Below, piece by piece: positions 32,304-42,564 of a stretch of DNA of 64,000 bases. The DNA comes from an uncultured delta proteobacterium (GTDB lineage: Bacteria > Desulfobacterota > Binatia > UBA9968). The stretch spans positions 96,001-160,000 of the forward strand of contig CAVTUQ010000037.1 of the NCBI GenBank assembly GCA_963737905.1, in the 5' to 3' direction. A model generated the notes under the pieces. It did not search any database and was not told where the DNA came from. It saw only the letters and a list, made by a program, of their open reading frames with translations. A program made the translations under genes and the position numbers. Numbering within the stretch: position 1 is the stretch's first letter; each line of letters starts with the position of its first letter.

Positions 32304-34007
32304 ATGAACCAGCCAGTCGAGGGGCAAGGCGGCACACTTACCGGCGCTGAAGCCGTAGTCGAAATGCTGAAGGCGCACGACGTCGAGATCCTCTTCGGTC
32401 TGTGCGGCGACACCAGCTTGCCGTTCTATGATGCGCTCGCGCGAATGTCACACGGCATGCGTCACGTGTTGACGCGCGACGAGCGCTCGGCAGCCTACAT
32501 GGCGGACGGCTATGCGCGCGTCTCGGGCAAGGTCGGCGTCTGCGAAGGTCCCAGCGGCGGCGGCGCGACTTATATCCTTCCCGGCCTTGCGGAGGCGAAC
32601 GAATCTTCGGTGCCGGTGCTATGCATCAACTCCGACATCTCCGTTGTGGCGCGAGGGCGTTACACTCTCACCGAACTCGATCAGGGCGCGCTCATGCGTC
32701 CGGTAACAAAATGGAACGTAGTGCTCGACCGCGCAGAGGACATCCCGCGCGCTTTCCGCACCGCCTTCAATCAAATGACCACTGGCCGGCCAGGCGCAGC
32801 CCACATCGCGCTGCCGTTCGATGTGCAAAACGGGTCGGTGGAGCGCTCCGACGTGTGGGGCGATGCGAGCCTCAGCCGCTACCCATCGCGGCGCGTGGCG
32901 CCCGATCCGTATTTCGTCGAGCGAGCGGCGCAATTGCTAGGCAATGCGGCTCAGCCGGTCTTTATCTGTGGCGGCGGAGTCGTCATTGCCGGCGGGGAAG
33001 AGGAACTCCGCAAGCTTGCGGAGCGGCTCTCGGCGGCCGTCGCCACCACTATTAGCGGTAAGGGCTCGATCAGCGAGGAGCATTCGCTGTCGGTGGGCGT
33101 CGTGGGCTCCAACGGCGGGACGCCGGAAACACGTGGCATCGTCGATCAGGCGGACTTGGTCGTCTTTGTCGGCTGCCGCGCGGGCTCGGTGACCACTGAG
33201 CGCTGGCGCCATCCGCCGACTGGCAAAGTGAGGGTGATTCATCTGGACGTGGACCCGGCGGTGCTCGGCGCCAATTATCCAGTGGAGGTACCCCTGCTTG
33301 GCGATGCGAAGCTTGCCCTGGCGGCGCTAAACGAAGCGCTGGTAACATTGCAACGGCCGCTGGAGACCACGGCAGTGCAAAGGGCCAAGGAAGAGAAGTT
33401 TGCTAAATTCAATGTCCTCGCCTTGTCCGGGGACAAGCCGATCAAACCGGAGCGCGTTGTAGCTGAAATGGCCCGGGCACTCGATCCGGATGCCATTATA
33501 GTCGCGGATGCCGGCACCCCCTGTCCCTATTTCTCCGCTTATTACCAGATGCGCGGCACCGGGCGTCGCTTTTTCTCTAACCGCGCCCACGGCGCGCTCG
33601 GTTATTCCCTGTCGGCGTCTATCGGCGCTCATTTTGCGCGACCGCAGGTGAAGTGCGTAGCGGTGATGGGGGACGGCAGTTTTGGTTTCACCTGTGGCGA
33701 GCTCGAAACGGCGGTGCGTCACCGGCTCCCAATAACCTTCATCGTGATTTCCAACGGTACTTATGGCTGGATCAAGGCCGGGCAAAAGTCAGGGTACGGC
33801 CAGCGCTACTTCTCGGTGGACTTCGACACCACCGATCACGCCTCCGTGGCTGCCGCCTTCGGCGTGAAGAGTTGGCGCGTCACCGAGCCAAACAACCTTG
33901 GTAAGGTGCTCAAGGAAGCATTGGGGCAGGTTGGCCCGACCCTGGTGGATATCGTCTGCCAGCCGCTCCACGAAGCAAAAGCACCGGTCTCGGAATGGGT
34001 CGCGTGA
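32304..34007 (+). CDS. Thiamine-pyrophosphate-binding protein (acetolactate synthase-like)
   Basis: RDERSAAYMADGYAR, GDGS...N TPP motif; start moved to MNQPV. Confidence 0.9.
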   Translation: MNQPVEGQGGTLTGAEAVVEMLKAHDVEILFGLCGDTSLPFYDALARMSHGMRHVLTRDERSAAYMADGYARVSGKVGVCEGPSGGGATYILPGLAEANESSVPVLCINSDISVVARGRYTLTELDQGALMRPVTKWNVVLDRAEDIPRAFRTAFNQMTTGRPGAAHIALPFDVQNGSVERSDVWGDASLSRYPSRRVAPDPYFVERAAQLLGNAAQPVFICGGGVVIAGGEEELRKLAERLSAAVATTISGKGSISEEHSLSVGVVGSNGGTPETRGIVDQADLVVFVGCRAGSVTTERWRHPPTGKVRVIHLDVDPAVLGANYPVEVPLLGDAKLALAALNEALVTLQRPLETTAVQRAKEEKFAKFNVLALSGDKPIKPERVVAEMARALDPDAIIVADAGTPCPYFSAYYQMRGTGRRFFSNRAHGALGYSLSASIGAHFARPQVKCVAVMGDGSFGFTCGELETAVRHRLPITFIVISNGTYGWIKAGQKSGYGQRYFSVDFDTTDHASVAAAFGVKSWRVTEPNNLGKVLKEALGQVGPTLVDIVCQPLHEAKAPVSEWVA

Positions 34008-34013
34008 GAAATT

Positions 34014-34043
34014 GTAGGGGCCGGTTTTTAAACCCGCCCCTAC
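34014..34043. repeat. GTAG-type REP-like palindrome
   Basis: GTAGGGGCCGGTTTTTAAACCCGCCCCTAC between convergent genes. Confidence 0.65.
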
Positions 34044-34085
34044 CTTGTGACCTTTGCGTTCTTTGCGGTCGGCTTAGGGCTGCTG

Positions 34086-34553
34086 CTAATTTTCCAGTCG
34101 GACTTTCGAACCCAGATTTTTACAGTCTTCGTCGGTTTTGAGACCCGCTCCATGAATGCCGTGAGCGGCCAACTCCTCATCACGCTCCTGTGTATCTCCG
34201 GTAACACCCACAGCACCGATGACTTCGCCGTCCTTGTCGCGGATTAACATGCCGCCGCCCTCCGGAAAAATTTGATCGTCCGAAGCCCGGATCAAATACT
34301 GCATAAACAGCGGCCGTTCTTCCGTTCGGACACGGACCAGTGACGAGGACCGGCCCAAGGCAAGCGCGGCATAAGCCTTGCCGTAGGCCATCTCGAAACG
34401 CATCATGGCCGACCCATCTTCCTTCTGAAACGCTTTCACCTTCGCCCCGGGCTCAACCACCACGACACTGAGTGGGCGACAGCCCAATTCACCGCCGCGA
34501 GCGAAAATAACCTCGATGATGCGATTCGATTGTTCCAGAGTAATCATGGTCAT
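34086..34553 (-). CDS. GlcG/HbpS family heme-binding protein
   Basis: AYGKAYAA, GGGMLIRD...GAVGVTG...DEELA. Confidence 0.88.
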   Translation of the reverse strand: MTMITLEQSNRIIEVIFARGGELGCRPLSVVVVEPGAKVKAFQKEDGSAMMRFEMAYGKAYAALALGRSSSLVRVRTEERPLFMQYLIRASDDQIFPEGGGMLIRDKDGEVIGAVGVTGDTQERDEELAAHGIHGAGLKTDEDCKNLGSKVRLEN

Positions 34554-34636
34554 ATTTCCTTCCTAGGGAACGCGGCAGACTTTGAGGCACGCGACAGCGT
34601 GGTAAATAGCGCTAAATTGACTCGTATCTATCCACC

Positions 34637-35491
34637 TTAGCTAAACAACACCTTGGCTAGCTCGGAACGGTATTTCTCTGTCGCAGGGTGATCCGATCCC
34701 AAAACTTCAAAAATTTGGATCATCGCTTTGCGCGCTCCGTCATCCCGAAAGCTCCGGTCCGCTTTGATAATGATTAAAAATTCCGCGAGCGCTTCGTCGT
34801 ATTTTTCCTTGCCGGCTAACGCTTGAGCGAGGTCGAACCGAATCTCGAGATTGTTCGGGTCGCCCTTGAGCTTGGCGCGCAGCTCCGATTCGTCTTGCGC
34901 CGCTCCACCTTGAAGGTTTAACCGAGCGATGAGACGATCCGCTTCTTTTCGTTCTTCGGCCACAAGAGGTACCTTCTCCAGGAGATTCAACGCCGCTTGT
35001 TTCTCTTCCTCGTTGATCAACAGGCGGCCAAGACTGAGTAACGCCTTAGCATGGTTCGGTTCGGACTTTAGAATAGCTTGATACAACGCTTTCGCCTCGG
35101 CAACTTTTCCGTCTTTCTCAAGCTCGGCCGCCTCCAACGCCTGCTCGTCTGCGGCTGAAGGCAAAAACTGAGACAGGAACTCGCGCACCATCGGTTCGGG
35201 CAGAGCGCCCGTAAACTCCGATGCGACGCCACCCTCTCTAAAGAGCTTCACCGCCGGTATCCCCTGGATGCCGAACGCGGCGGCGACAGATGGATTGTCA
35301 TCCACGTTGATTTTGGCGAGGAGAAACTTGCCGCGGTACTCTTCTGCGAGTTTTTCGAGCACCGGACCTAAAACGCGGCAAGGGCCACACCAGGGCGCCC
35401 AGAAATCCACCAGCACCGGTATTTCCTGAGAGCGTTGCAAAACCGCCGTTTCAAAATCATTGTCACCGACTTCAACAGTCCACTGATTCAT
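34637..35491 (-). CDS. Thioredoxin-TPR chaperedoxin (YbbN/CnoX-like)
   Basis: [10 protein letters not shown] followed by a TPR region ending [13 protein letters not shown]...[10 protein letters not shown]. Confidence 0.9.
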   Translation of the reverse strand: MNQWTVEVGDNDFETAVLQRSQEIPVLVDFWAPWCGPCRVLGPVLEKLAEEYRGKFLLAKINVDDNPSVAAAFGIQGIPAVKLFREGGVASEFTGALPEPMVREFLSQFLPSAADEQALEAAELEKDGKVAEAKALYQAILKSEPNHAKALLSLGRLLINEEEKQAALNLLEKVPLVAEERKEADRLIARLNLQGGAAQDESELRAKLKGDPNNLEIRFDLAQALAGKEKYDEALAEFLIIIKADRSFRDDGARKAMIQIFEVLGSDHPATEKYRSELAKVLFS

Positions 35492-35597
35492 AGGTATCCG
35501 CCCCAAATACTCAACCGCAAAGCTGGCAAAGAGTTGTTCTATGAGTTCTTTGCGTTCTCTGCGGTTACATTTTCCTTTTTTCGCCCGTCGAAGGCTG

Positions 35598-36092
35598 CTA
35601 CTTCTTCACAAATGCCTCCGGATCGAAGACCTCCCCGTTGAGGGTGTACTGGCACTCCACCGGAGTTGGCTTGAGAATCGTCTGCATCACGTAGCAGCCG
35701 TTCTCCGCATTGCGCATAACTTTCGCGACCTTGTCCGCCGGCTCGCCGGAAGTAAGTTCGCAACGCGTCTCAAAGCCCAAGCCCTCTGCCTGTACCGTCT
35801 CGCGCAACACGGATCCTTCGCTTTTGAATCGCGCAGTGACAAAGACCTTCGCTTTGTCGATATGCGTTTTCAGCATTTCCCCGTACCGGGAAATCTGCGT
35901 GAGCAGTCAAAAAGCCAGCGAGAGACCGAAGTAAGCCAGCGGAGGCGGCGCTGAATTGTCGCCACCGATGCGCTCTCCTTCGTCGCAGTAAACGGTAAAG
36001 CCTCTTGCATGTCCTTCCTTTCGCATCCTCTCCATCGTCTCAGCGTCCGCTTCCAGAACGATTTCGCGCTTAACCTGAATATCTTCCGCCAT
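35598..36092 (-). CDS. OsmC/Ohr-like protein with in-frame UGA, probable selenoprotein (164 aa)
   Basis: Track ORFs 35907..36092 and 35598..35876 are in the same frame and joined across TGA 35907-35909: [30 protein letters not shown]...AENGCYV; AAGGAGG RBS. Confidence 0.8.
35871..35897 (-). promoter_or_regulatory. Bacterial SECIS-like hairpin
   Basis: mRNA CAG-AUUUCCC-GGUACG-GGGAAAU-GCUG; the G-starting loop lies 19 nt after the UGA. Confidence 0.65.
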
Positions 36093-36156
36093 GTTTTTCC
36101 TCCTTGTGAGCCTTACTTATCTACAAGATTCGCAAACTACAACACAGCTCAGTTGA

Positions 36157-37242
36157 TCAGAGCTTGCTCTCCATGGCAGAATCGCTCCCATATTCCTCCA
36201 TATAGAGATCAAGAAGAGCTGTAAGCAATGCTAGCAGGACCGGCCCTAAAATCAGTCCCAGCGCACCGAAGACCGCCAGTCCGCCGAGAATTCCGAAGAA
36301 CAGGAATAGCATGGGAAGTTTAAGCCGCGTGCCGATGAAGATAGGCTTCAACACATTATCCACGCCCCCGACCACAGCGAGAGCCCAGATCACCAACAGA
36401 ACACCTCTGACAATGTCACCCTGCAGAAAAAGGTAAATTGCTGCGGGTCCCGTAACTAGTGTTGATCCTCCCACGGGCAAAAGCGCGGCAAAAGCGGTAA
36501 CTACCCCCCAGACTACAGCGTATGGGACCCCCAGAGCCCAGTAGGCGAGGCCCGCGAGAAACCCTTGAATCATAGCAACGACCAAACAACCGTGAACCAC
36601 CGCCGTAACAGCGTTAGTAATATTTTGGAACAGTCTTTCTTGATGTTCGGGATCCATCGGCAGGAGCCGGCGCAGCCGATAACAGAAACTGGCTCCGTCG
36701 CGGAGAAAAAAAAATAAGGTGAAAAGCACGAGAAAAACATTGGCAACAAAGAGAAAGAAATTCTGTGCCACCCCTGTGACTTGAGATACGACGGCGCCAG
36801 AGGATACCTGGGCCCCTTGCAACACCAGCTTCTTCCAATCGATTTCGAACTTGAGCTCGGCAAGACTCATGCCGAGCATGTTCCACCAACGAAGCAGCTG
36901 CTGAATCCAAGGATTCTGCTTCCAAGTCTCAATGCCGTCCCCATTTACCAGAGCAGCCATGGATTTGACCAGGTCCGCTGCTTCCTCAGAAAGAAACCCG
37001 ACGATTTGGATACCTGGCAAAACGATAATAAGCGTGATTAATACGATGACAGTGAGGGCAGCTAAGGTGGCATTGCCCTTAAAAAGCCTTAACAACCCGG
37101 CATAGGCAGGATAGAACAAGACCGCGAGGATCGCCGCCCAGGTTAAAGCTTTCAAAAACGGGCTAAGAATCAGAAAGGCGCCGTAGAGAAGCACGAGTAA
37201 CAGGACAAAAAAGAAGCCCGTAACCAGCCAGTCTCGGTTCAC
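36157..37242 (-). CDS. AI-2E family transporter
   Basis: Multi-TM; FFFLRDG, QGFLAG, LLPVGGS, DNVLKPIFIG, GLILGP. Confidence 0.9.
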   Translation of the reverse strand: MNRDWLVTGFFFVLLLVLLYGAFLILSPFLKALTWAAILAVLFYPAYAGLLRLFKGNATLAALTVIVLITLIIVLPGIQIVGFLSEEAADLVKSMAALVNGDGIETWKQNPWIQQLLRWWNMLGMSLAELKFEIDWKKLVLQGAQVSSGAVVSQVTGVAQNFFLFVANVFLVLFTLFFFLRDGASFCYRLRRLLPMDPEHQERLFQNITNAVTAVVHGCLVVAMIQGFLAGLAYWALGVPYAVVWGVVTAFAALLPVGGSTLVTGPAAIYLFLQGDIVRGVLLVIWALAVVGGVDNVLKPIFIGTRLKLPMLFLFFGILGGLAVFGALGLILGPVLLALLTALLDLYMEEYGSDSAMESKL

Positions 37243-37407
37243 GTCTCACCCTCTATGATCATTACTCAATGTACGCAGAAGGTGTTGCGGCTGCAAGAAC
37301 TCCGGCTCCGTTGGCAAATATGACTCGCGCAAAGGCGCAAAGGGCGCCACGGAGCTCAAGAACCCAGCCTAAGGCCATGCTCCCTTGTTTACTTTAGCGA
37401 AAGTAGT

Positions 37408-37554
37408 GCAGCAAATTTGATACGGAGGTGTAGCAAGATTGCTACGCTTGGCCTTCTGTTTAGCCGCCAAGGCACTTCTTAAACTCGAAATTTCCTTACA
37501 AGATCAACACATTACTGAGCCGGCATTCCGTTTAACTAATGGCATAACGCTTGC
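37408..37554 (+). promoter_or_regulatory. Sigma54 promoter with tandem activator sites and IHF-like site
   Basis: TGGCATAACGCTTGC 37540-37554; palindrome GTAGCAAGATTGCTAC 37430-37445 and related GCAGCAAATTTGATAC 37408-37423; GATCAACACATTA 37502-37514. Confidence 0.7.
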
Positions 37555-37790
37555 GCTAGGAGGCAATGGATAAGCGGGAAACCCAAATCGGCAATCGTTC
37601 AACCGCGGACCTCGTCCCGAGTTCAAATCGAGGAGATAACATTGACGTCTAAGATCGAAACCCTTTGAACCCTGGACAGCCTTCGACAGACAGCAGTATG
37701 GTGCCATATAAACTCTTAAGACAACCAACCTGATCGGCGGGGAAATAGCGCAGTCGGCGCATATCAGGCTGATAGAGTGATGCTGTGATG

Positions 37791-37825
37791 GTGAAGGGCG
37801 AGAAGTGAAGAGCGAAGCGCGAGAA
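37791..37825. repeat. Heptamer tandem array (GYGARRV x5)
   Basis: gtgaagg gcgagaa gtgaaga gcgaagc gcgagaa. Confidence 0.6.
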
Positions 37826-37874
37826 GAACACCAAAAATTTGACTTTTCGTTTCTGGACTGGAGGGAATAAACCG

Positions 37875-38876
37875 ATGGTGAGCACATCGTGGATGAAAAA
37901 CATCATTAGGCTTGTGGGGGTTTTTTTGGGCCTGCTCGCGGGCGGCGCGGTTGGGAGCGCGCAGCAGCCGGTAAAAACCTGGAAGATCGGCGTGCTGGTG
38001 TCCAGCACACAAGCGTTGAACGCTGCGCGCGACGAAGGCTTGCGTCAGGGACTGCGCGACCTGGGCTACGAAGAGGGCAAGAACATTACCATGGAGTACC
38101 GTTATGCCGAAGGCAAGACGGACCGATTAGATAAACTCGCGCGCGAGTTAGTCGAGCAAAAAGTCGATGTCATCGTTGTGGGCGGCACCAGCGTGGCCGT
38201 TGCCGCCAAGAAAGCGACCAGCACCATTCCCATTGTCGTGGCCGGCGCCGGAGATCTGGTTGAGGCGGGACTCATTAAGAGTTTCATGTACCCCGGCGGC
38301 AATGTCACCGGCGTAGCGAGAATGTCCTCGGACTTTTTCGGCGCGCGACTGAAACTCATCAAGGAGATACTTCCCAAGACGGCTCAAGTAACCGCCCTTT
38401 CGAATCCAAAAAATCCCGGCCATGGCCGCAACCTCAAAGATGCAGAGCTCGGCGCTCGGGCTATGGGCCTCACGTTTCAATCAGTGACGGCTCAAAATGC
38501 CAACGAGTTGGACAGCGCGATTGCTGCTGCCGCCAAGGGCGGCGCGGGCGCTCTGTTCGTGATGACGGACGCCCTTTTCAACAGTCACCTGGCGCGGATT
38601 GCCCAAGCATCGATCAAAACCCAGCTCCCATCGGTTTACGACCGAACCGGATTTGTCGAGGCAGGCGGGTTGATAAGTTACGGAGTGAACCTGCCCGATT
38701 TATCTCGGCGCGCGGCTGAGTACGTCGACCAGATTTTCAAAGGCGCCAAGCCGGGGGATCTGACTCTGGTACAGCCGACGAAGTTCGATCTCGCGCTCAA
38801 TCTCAAGACAGCCAACCAGATCGGCATCACGATTCCGCCCGAGGTGCTCAACCGGGCAGTGAAGGTGATCAGATAA
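37875..38876 (+). CDS. ABC_sub_bind family substrate-binding protein
   Basis: Signal peptide; GLRDLGYEEGKN, PGGNVTG, GGLISYG, LNLKTANQIGITIPP. Confidence 0.9.
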   Translation: MVSTSWMKNIIRLVGVFLGLLAGGAVGSAQQPVKTWKIGVLVSSTQALNAARDEGLRQGLRDLGYEEGKNITMEYRYAEGKTDRLDKLARELVEQKVDVIVVGGTSVAVAAKKATSTIPIVVAGAGDLVEAGLIKSFMYPGGNVTGVARMSSDFFGARLKLIKEILPKTAQVTALSNPKNPGHGRNLKDAELGARAMGLTFQSVTAQNANELDSAIAAAAKGGAGALFVMTDALFNSHLARIAQASIKTQLPSVYDRTGFVEAGGLISYGVNLPDLSRRAAEYVDQIFKGAKPGDLTLVQPTKFDLALNLKTANQIGITIPPEVLNRAVKVIR

Positions 38877-38990
38877 TTTCGGATTGCGAATTTCGAATTT
38901 CGGATTGAGAAACAAAACGATGGAACAAGTTCGGATCGCCTCAATGAACGTTACTTTAAAATCCGCGCTCCGCAATCTCAAATCCGCAAT
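38876..38990. repeat. Heptamer array (ATTKCGR x5) with inverted partner array
   Basis: atttcgg attgcga atttcga atttcgg attgaga ... aatccgc gctccgc aatctca aatccgc. Confidence 0.7.
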
Positions 38991-39942
38991 TCTTCTAGCC
39001 GCTATGCTCCTAGCGCTTTGCCCGTCCGCTAAAGCGCAACAGCAGAAGCTTTACCGCATCGGGGTTCTTTTTCCAGGTGGACCATTGTCTGAGACTGTTG
39101 ATGGGCTTCGGAAAGGGTTAAAGGAACTGGGATTCGAAGAAGGCAAAGAATTCACTCTAACAATCCGAGATACCAAGGGCGATGCAAAGGCTGCGGCTGA
39201 TGCTGCCAGGACCTTCGAGCAGGAGAAAGTCAACTTAATATACGCCATCGCCAGTTCTGTCATCGTTGCGGCCAAGGAAGCAACGCAGAACGTCCCCATC
39301 GTTTTCTCCATCGGCACCGATCCGGTAGCCATGGGATTAGTAAACGACTTTTCGAAACCGGGAGGACGGCTCACCGGTGTTCACTACCTCGTCAGAGATC
39401 TTACGGCGAAGCGCCTTGAGATCCTGAAAGAGATCGTTCCAAAGGTCAGTCGGGTGATGACATTTTATGACCCAAGCAGCGGTATTGGCGTCGAGGGGGC
39501 AAAGTTGGCGCAGGAAGAGGCCAAGCGGTTAGGACTCAAGTTTATTGAACGCCACGTCAGTTCCGCCGAGGAACTTCGCAAAGGGCTGCAGGACCTCAAA
39601 GCCGGTGAGGCGGACGCCTTTTTTTACATCCCGGACCCGATAGTGGTGGGTCAGGCGCAATTAATCATCGACACGGCAAAAGCTAAGAAGCTGCCGAGTA
39701 TGTTTCAAGACGAAAGTCTGGTCGTCAAAGGGGCTCTAGCCAGTTATGGCCAGAGCTACCATGGGATCGGCCGGCTTTCTGCAAAATACGTGCAGAAAGT
39801 TCTAAGCGGGACCCATCCCAAGGATCTCAAGATTGAGACGGTCGACAACGTGGAGCTGGTCATCAATCTCAAAACCGCAAAGGAGCTGGGGTTGGCGATC
39901 CCGCCCAACGTGCTCACGCGGGCACAAAAAGTGATCAGATAG
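38920..39942 (+). CDS. ABC_sub_bind family substrate-binding protein
   Basis: GLKELGFEEGK, DPVAMGLV...PGGRLTG, INLKTAKELGLAIPPNVL; start uncertain. Confidence 0.88.
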   Translation: MEQVRIASMNVTLKSALRNLKSAILLAAMLLALCPSAKAQQQKLYRIGVLFPGGPLSETVDGLRKGLKELGFEEGKEFTLTIRDTKGDAKAAADAARTFEQEKVNLIYAIASSVIVAAKEATQNVPIVFSIGTDPVAMGLVNDFSKPGGRLTGVHYLVRDLTAKRLEILKEIVPKVSRVMTFYDPSSGIGVEGAKLAQEEAKRLGLKFIERHVSSAEELRKGLQDLKAGEADAFFYIPDPIVVGQAQLIIDTAKAKKLPSMFQDESLVVKGALASYGQSYHGIGRLSAKYVQKVLSGTHPKDLKIETVDNVELVINLKTAKELGLAIPPNVLTRAQKVIR

Positions 39943-40045
39943 CCGGGCGAAACGCGTGGCGTGAGAAAGTGGGTAGACGGGAATGTCTTTTTGCGTTTTC
40001 TGGTTTCTATGGGTTAAGAGAGCCTAGCGCAAAATCTGAAATAGA

Positions 40046-42460
40046 ATGTTTCAAAAACTGAAATCCAAATTCCAAAATTTTTCCTTCCCCCGGGTTCTTG
40101 GACGGCGGCGCGGGCGACTGGTTCGCGATTACTTCTTTATCTCCGTGCTGCTGATCGGCGGCGGGTTGATCACGAGCGGCTTGGTCGAAATATATTTCCG
40201 TTATCTTGAAAGCCGCGAACAATTGGCTGCAATTCAGAAAGAGGTCGCTACCGGAGCGGCCGTTAAAATCGAGCGGTTCGTGCAAGAAATTCACAACACC
40301 TTGAAGGGAGCGACCAAGAGCCGTGAGATCGCACCCAAAGGGTTGACGACGGAATTTCGCTTTGAGCTCGAAAAGCTTCTTTTAATCGCCCCGGCGGTCA
40401 CTGAAGCGCTGGCGCTCGACGAAAAGGGCGCGATCCGGGTACAGGCTTCGCGCTTGCGCACGGTGCTTCCCGAAGCCAAACGAGATCTTTCCACCGCGCC
40501 GCCCTTTCTAACGGCGAAGCAAGGTAAATCCTATTTTGGTCCGGTTCACTTTGTCCGAGGCTCGGAACCTTACATGACCATTGCCGTACCGATAGAGCGC
40601 TTTGCCGGCGACGTTATCGGCGTGCTGCAGGCCGAAGTGAATCTCAAATACATCGGCGACGTGGTCTCGGCCATCACGGTCGGGAAAGCGGGCTACGCTT
40701 ATGCCGTTACCCAGACCGGCGAGCTGATCGCCCATCCGGATATCAGTCTCGTTCTACAGAGACGCAACGTAGCGTTGCTCGATCAAGTCAAAGCAGCCTT
40801 TCAGACGAGCCCTGGGAAACCCGCGTCCAATGCGATTATAACCGAGAACTTGCAAGGCAAAAGCGTTCTCGCTTCGTTCGCGCTGATTCCAGGTCTGGAC
40901 TGGGCGGTCATTATAGAACGACCCGTCGCAGAGGCCTATGAAACGCTTTACGCGTCCATGCTGCGAACCTCGACATTGTTCTTGATCGGTCTCGGTATGG
41001 CGCTGATCGCCAGCTGGTTCCTCGCGCGACGAGTCGTCCGTCCCGTCCGGATCCTGCGCGAAGGAGTGGAGCGCATCGGCACCGGCGATCTGGGTTATCG
41101 TCTCGATCTGAAGACTGGCGACGAGATCGAGGTTTTGGCCGACGAGTTCAACAAGATGACCACCCAGCTCCAAGAGTCTTACAGCAACTTGGAGCAAAAG
41201 GTCGAAGACCGGACACGAGAACTTACCGAGTCCTTGGAGCAACAGACCGCAACGAGTGAGATTCTAGGAGTAATCACCAGTTCGCATACCGATGTCCAGC
41301 CGGTTCTCGATGCGGTAGCGGAAAAAGCTGCACGACTGTGCGACGCCAATGATACGCAAATCTTTCGACTCGAAGGCGATTTCCATCGCCGGGTGGCTTC
41401 GTTTGGACCACTACCAGCGCCGGACTTGACCGAGTTGTTTCCCGTGAACCGAGACACTGTGAGCGGCCGCTCCATCTTAGAGCACCGAAGCATCCACGTT
41501 CATGACTTGGCTGCGCAAGTCGACAACGAATATCCAGCTTCGAGGATTTATCTCGAACGGTTCGGCACTCGAACTATTCTTGCCATACCACTTCTGCGTG
41601 AAGGAACACCGATCGGTGGGATAGTGATCCGCCGCACCGAGGTCCGCCCGTTTTCTGAAAAACAGATCGCCTTACTTAAAACCTTCGCCGACCAGGCCGT
41701 GATCGCCATCGAGAACGTCCGCCTGTTCCAGGAAATCCAGGACAAGAATGAGCAGCTCGAAGCCGCGAACCGTCACAAGTCGCAGTTTCTCGCTAATGTC
41801 AGCCATGAGCTGCGGACACCACTTAACTCCATCATCGGATTTACCCGAATTGTTCTGCGCCGGGTCGGCGCGCAAATTCCCGATCTGCAAAAGGAGAATC
41901 TCCAGAAGGTTCTGATCAGCTCGGAACATCTGCTCAACCTGATCAACGAGCTGCTTGACCTGGCGAAGATCGAATCCGGCCGGATGGAGGTGTACGCCGA
42001 AACCTTCCAACTGAACGACGTAGTCCGAATGGCGACGTCAACCGTGGAGCCGATGTTGAAGGATGGTCGCGTTCGTTTAGTGACCGAGATCGCCCCGGAC
42101 ATCCCACCGTTGAAAACCGATCGAGACAAACTCAAGCAGGCCGTGCTGAATCTTTTGAGCAACGCCGCGAAGTTCACCGAGAAAGGAGAGATCAAGGTTG
42201 CGGCATGGCAGGAAAACGGGAACGTAAAGCTTACCGTTTCCGACACCGGCATCGGTATGAAAAAAGAGGCTCTGGATTATATCTTCGAGGAGTTCCGCCA
42301 GGCGGATATGTCGAGCACACGGAAGTACGGCGGCACCGGGCTCGGCCTAGCGATCGTAAAGAGGTTCATCAATCTCATGGGTGGCGATATCGGCGTTGAT
42401 AGTGAAGTCGGCAAAGGCTCGAAATTCACGATCACGATCCCGATGGTTTTGAAAACGTAA
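40046..42460 (+). CDS. Sensor histidine kinase (TM-Cache-like-TM-HAMP-GAF-HisKA-HATPase)
   Basis: Two TM segments, GDEIEVLADEFNKM HAMP, QQTATSEIL/FADQAVIAIENVRLF GAF, SHELRTPLN, NLLSNAAKF, DTGIG, GGTGLGL. Confidence 0.92.
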   Translation: MFQKLKSKFQNFSFPRVLGRRRGRLVRDYFFISVLLIGGGLITSGLVEIYFRYLESREQLAAIQKEVATGAAVKIERFVQEIHNTLKGATKSREIAPKGLTTEFRFELEKLLLIAPAVTEALALDEKGAIRVQASRLRTVLPEAKRDLSTAPPFLTAKQGKSYFGPVHFVRGSEPYMTIAVPIERFAGDVIGVLQAEVNLKYIGDVVSAITVGKAGYAYAVTQTGELIAHPDISLVLQRRNVALLDQVKAAFQTSPGKPASNAIITENLQGKSVLASFALIPGLDWAVIIERPVAEAYETLYASMLRTSTLFLIGLGMALIASWFLARRVVRPVRILREGVERIGTGDLGYRLDLKTGDEIEVLADEFNKMTTQLQESYSNLEQKVEDRTRELTESLEQQTATSEILGVITSSHTDVQPVLDAVAEKAARLCDANDTQIFRLEGDFHRRVASFGPLPAPDLTELFPVNRDTVSGRSILEHRSIHVHDLAAQVDNEYPASRIYLERFGTRTILAIPLLREGTPIGGIVIRRTEVRPFSEKQIALLKTFADQAVIAIENVRLFQEIQDKNEQLEAANRHKSQFLANVSHELRTPLNSIIGFTRIVLRRVGAQIPDLQKENLQKVLISSEHLLNLINELLDLAKIESGRMEVYAETFQLNDVVRMATSTVEPMLKDGRVRLVTEIAPDIPPLKTDRDKLKQAVLNLLSNAAKFTEKGEIKVAAWQENGNVKLTVSDTGIGMKKEALDYIFEEFRQADMSSTRKYGGTGLGLAIVKRFINLMGGDIGVDSEVGKGSKFTITIPMVLKT

Positions 42461-42543
42461 AGGGTAAGGAGTGAGGCGTGAGGGGTTAGGCGTAAGGAGT
42501 GGAGCAAGGCGTGAAGCGTACGCCTAACGCCTGACCCCTACGT
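42457..42543. repeat. Heptamer array (GTDAGGV) with inverted partner
   Basis: gtaaagg gtaagga gtgaggc gtgaggg gttaggc gtaagga ... tacgcct aacgcct gacccct; overlaps the kinase stop codon. Confidence 0.7.
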
Positions 42544-42564
42544 ATCTCCTGAAAGGATAAGAAC

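Noticed and set aside
37692-37706. Possible minus-strand sigma54 site TGGCACCATACTGC
   Set aside because: GG-to-GC spacing is 9 rather than the required 10
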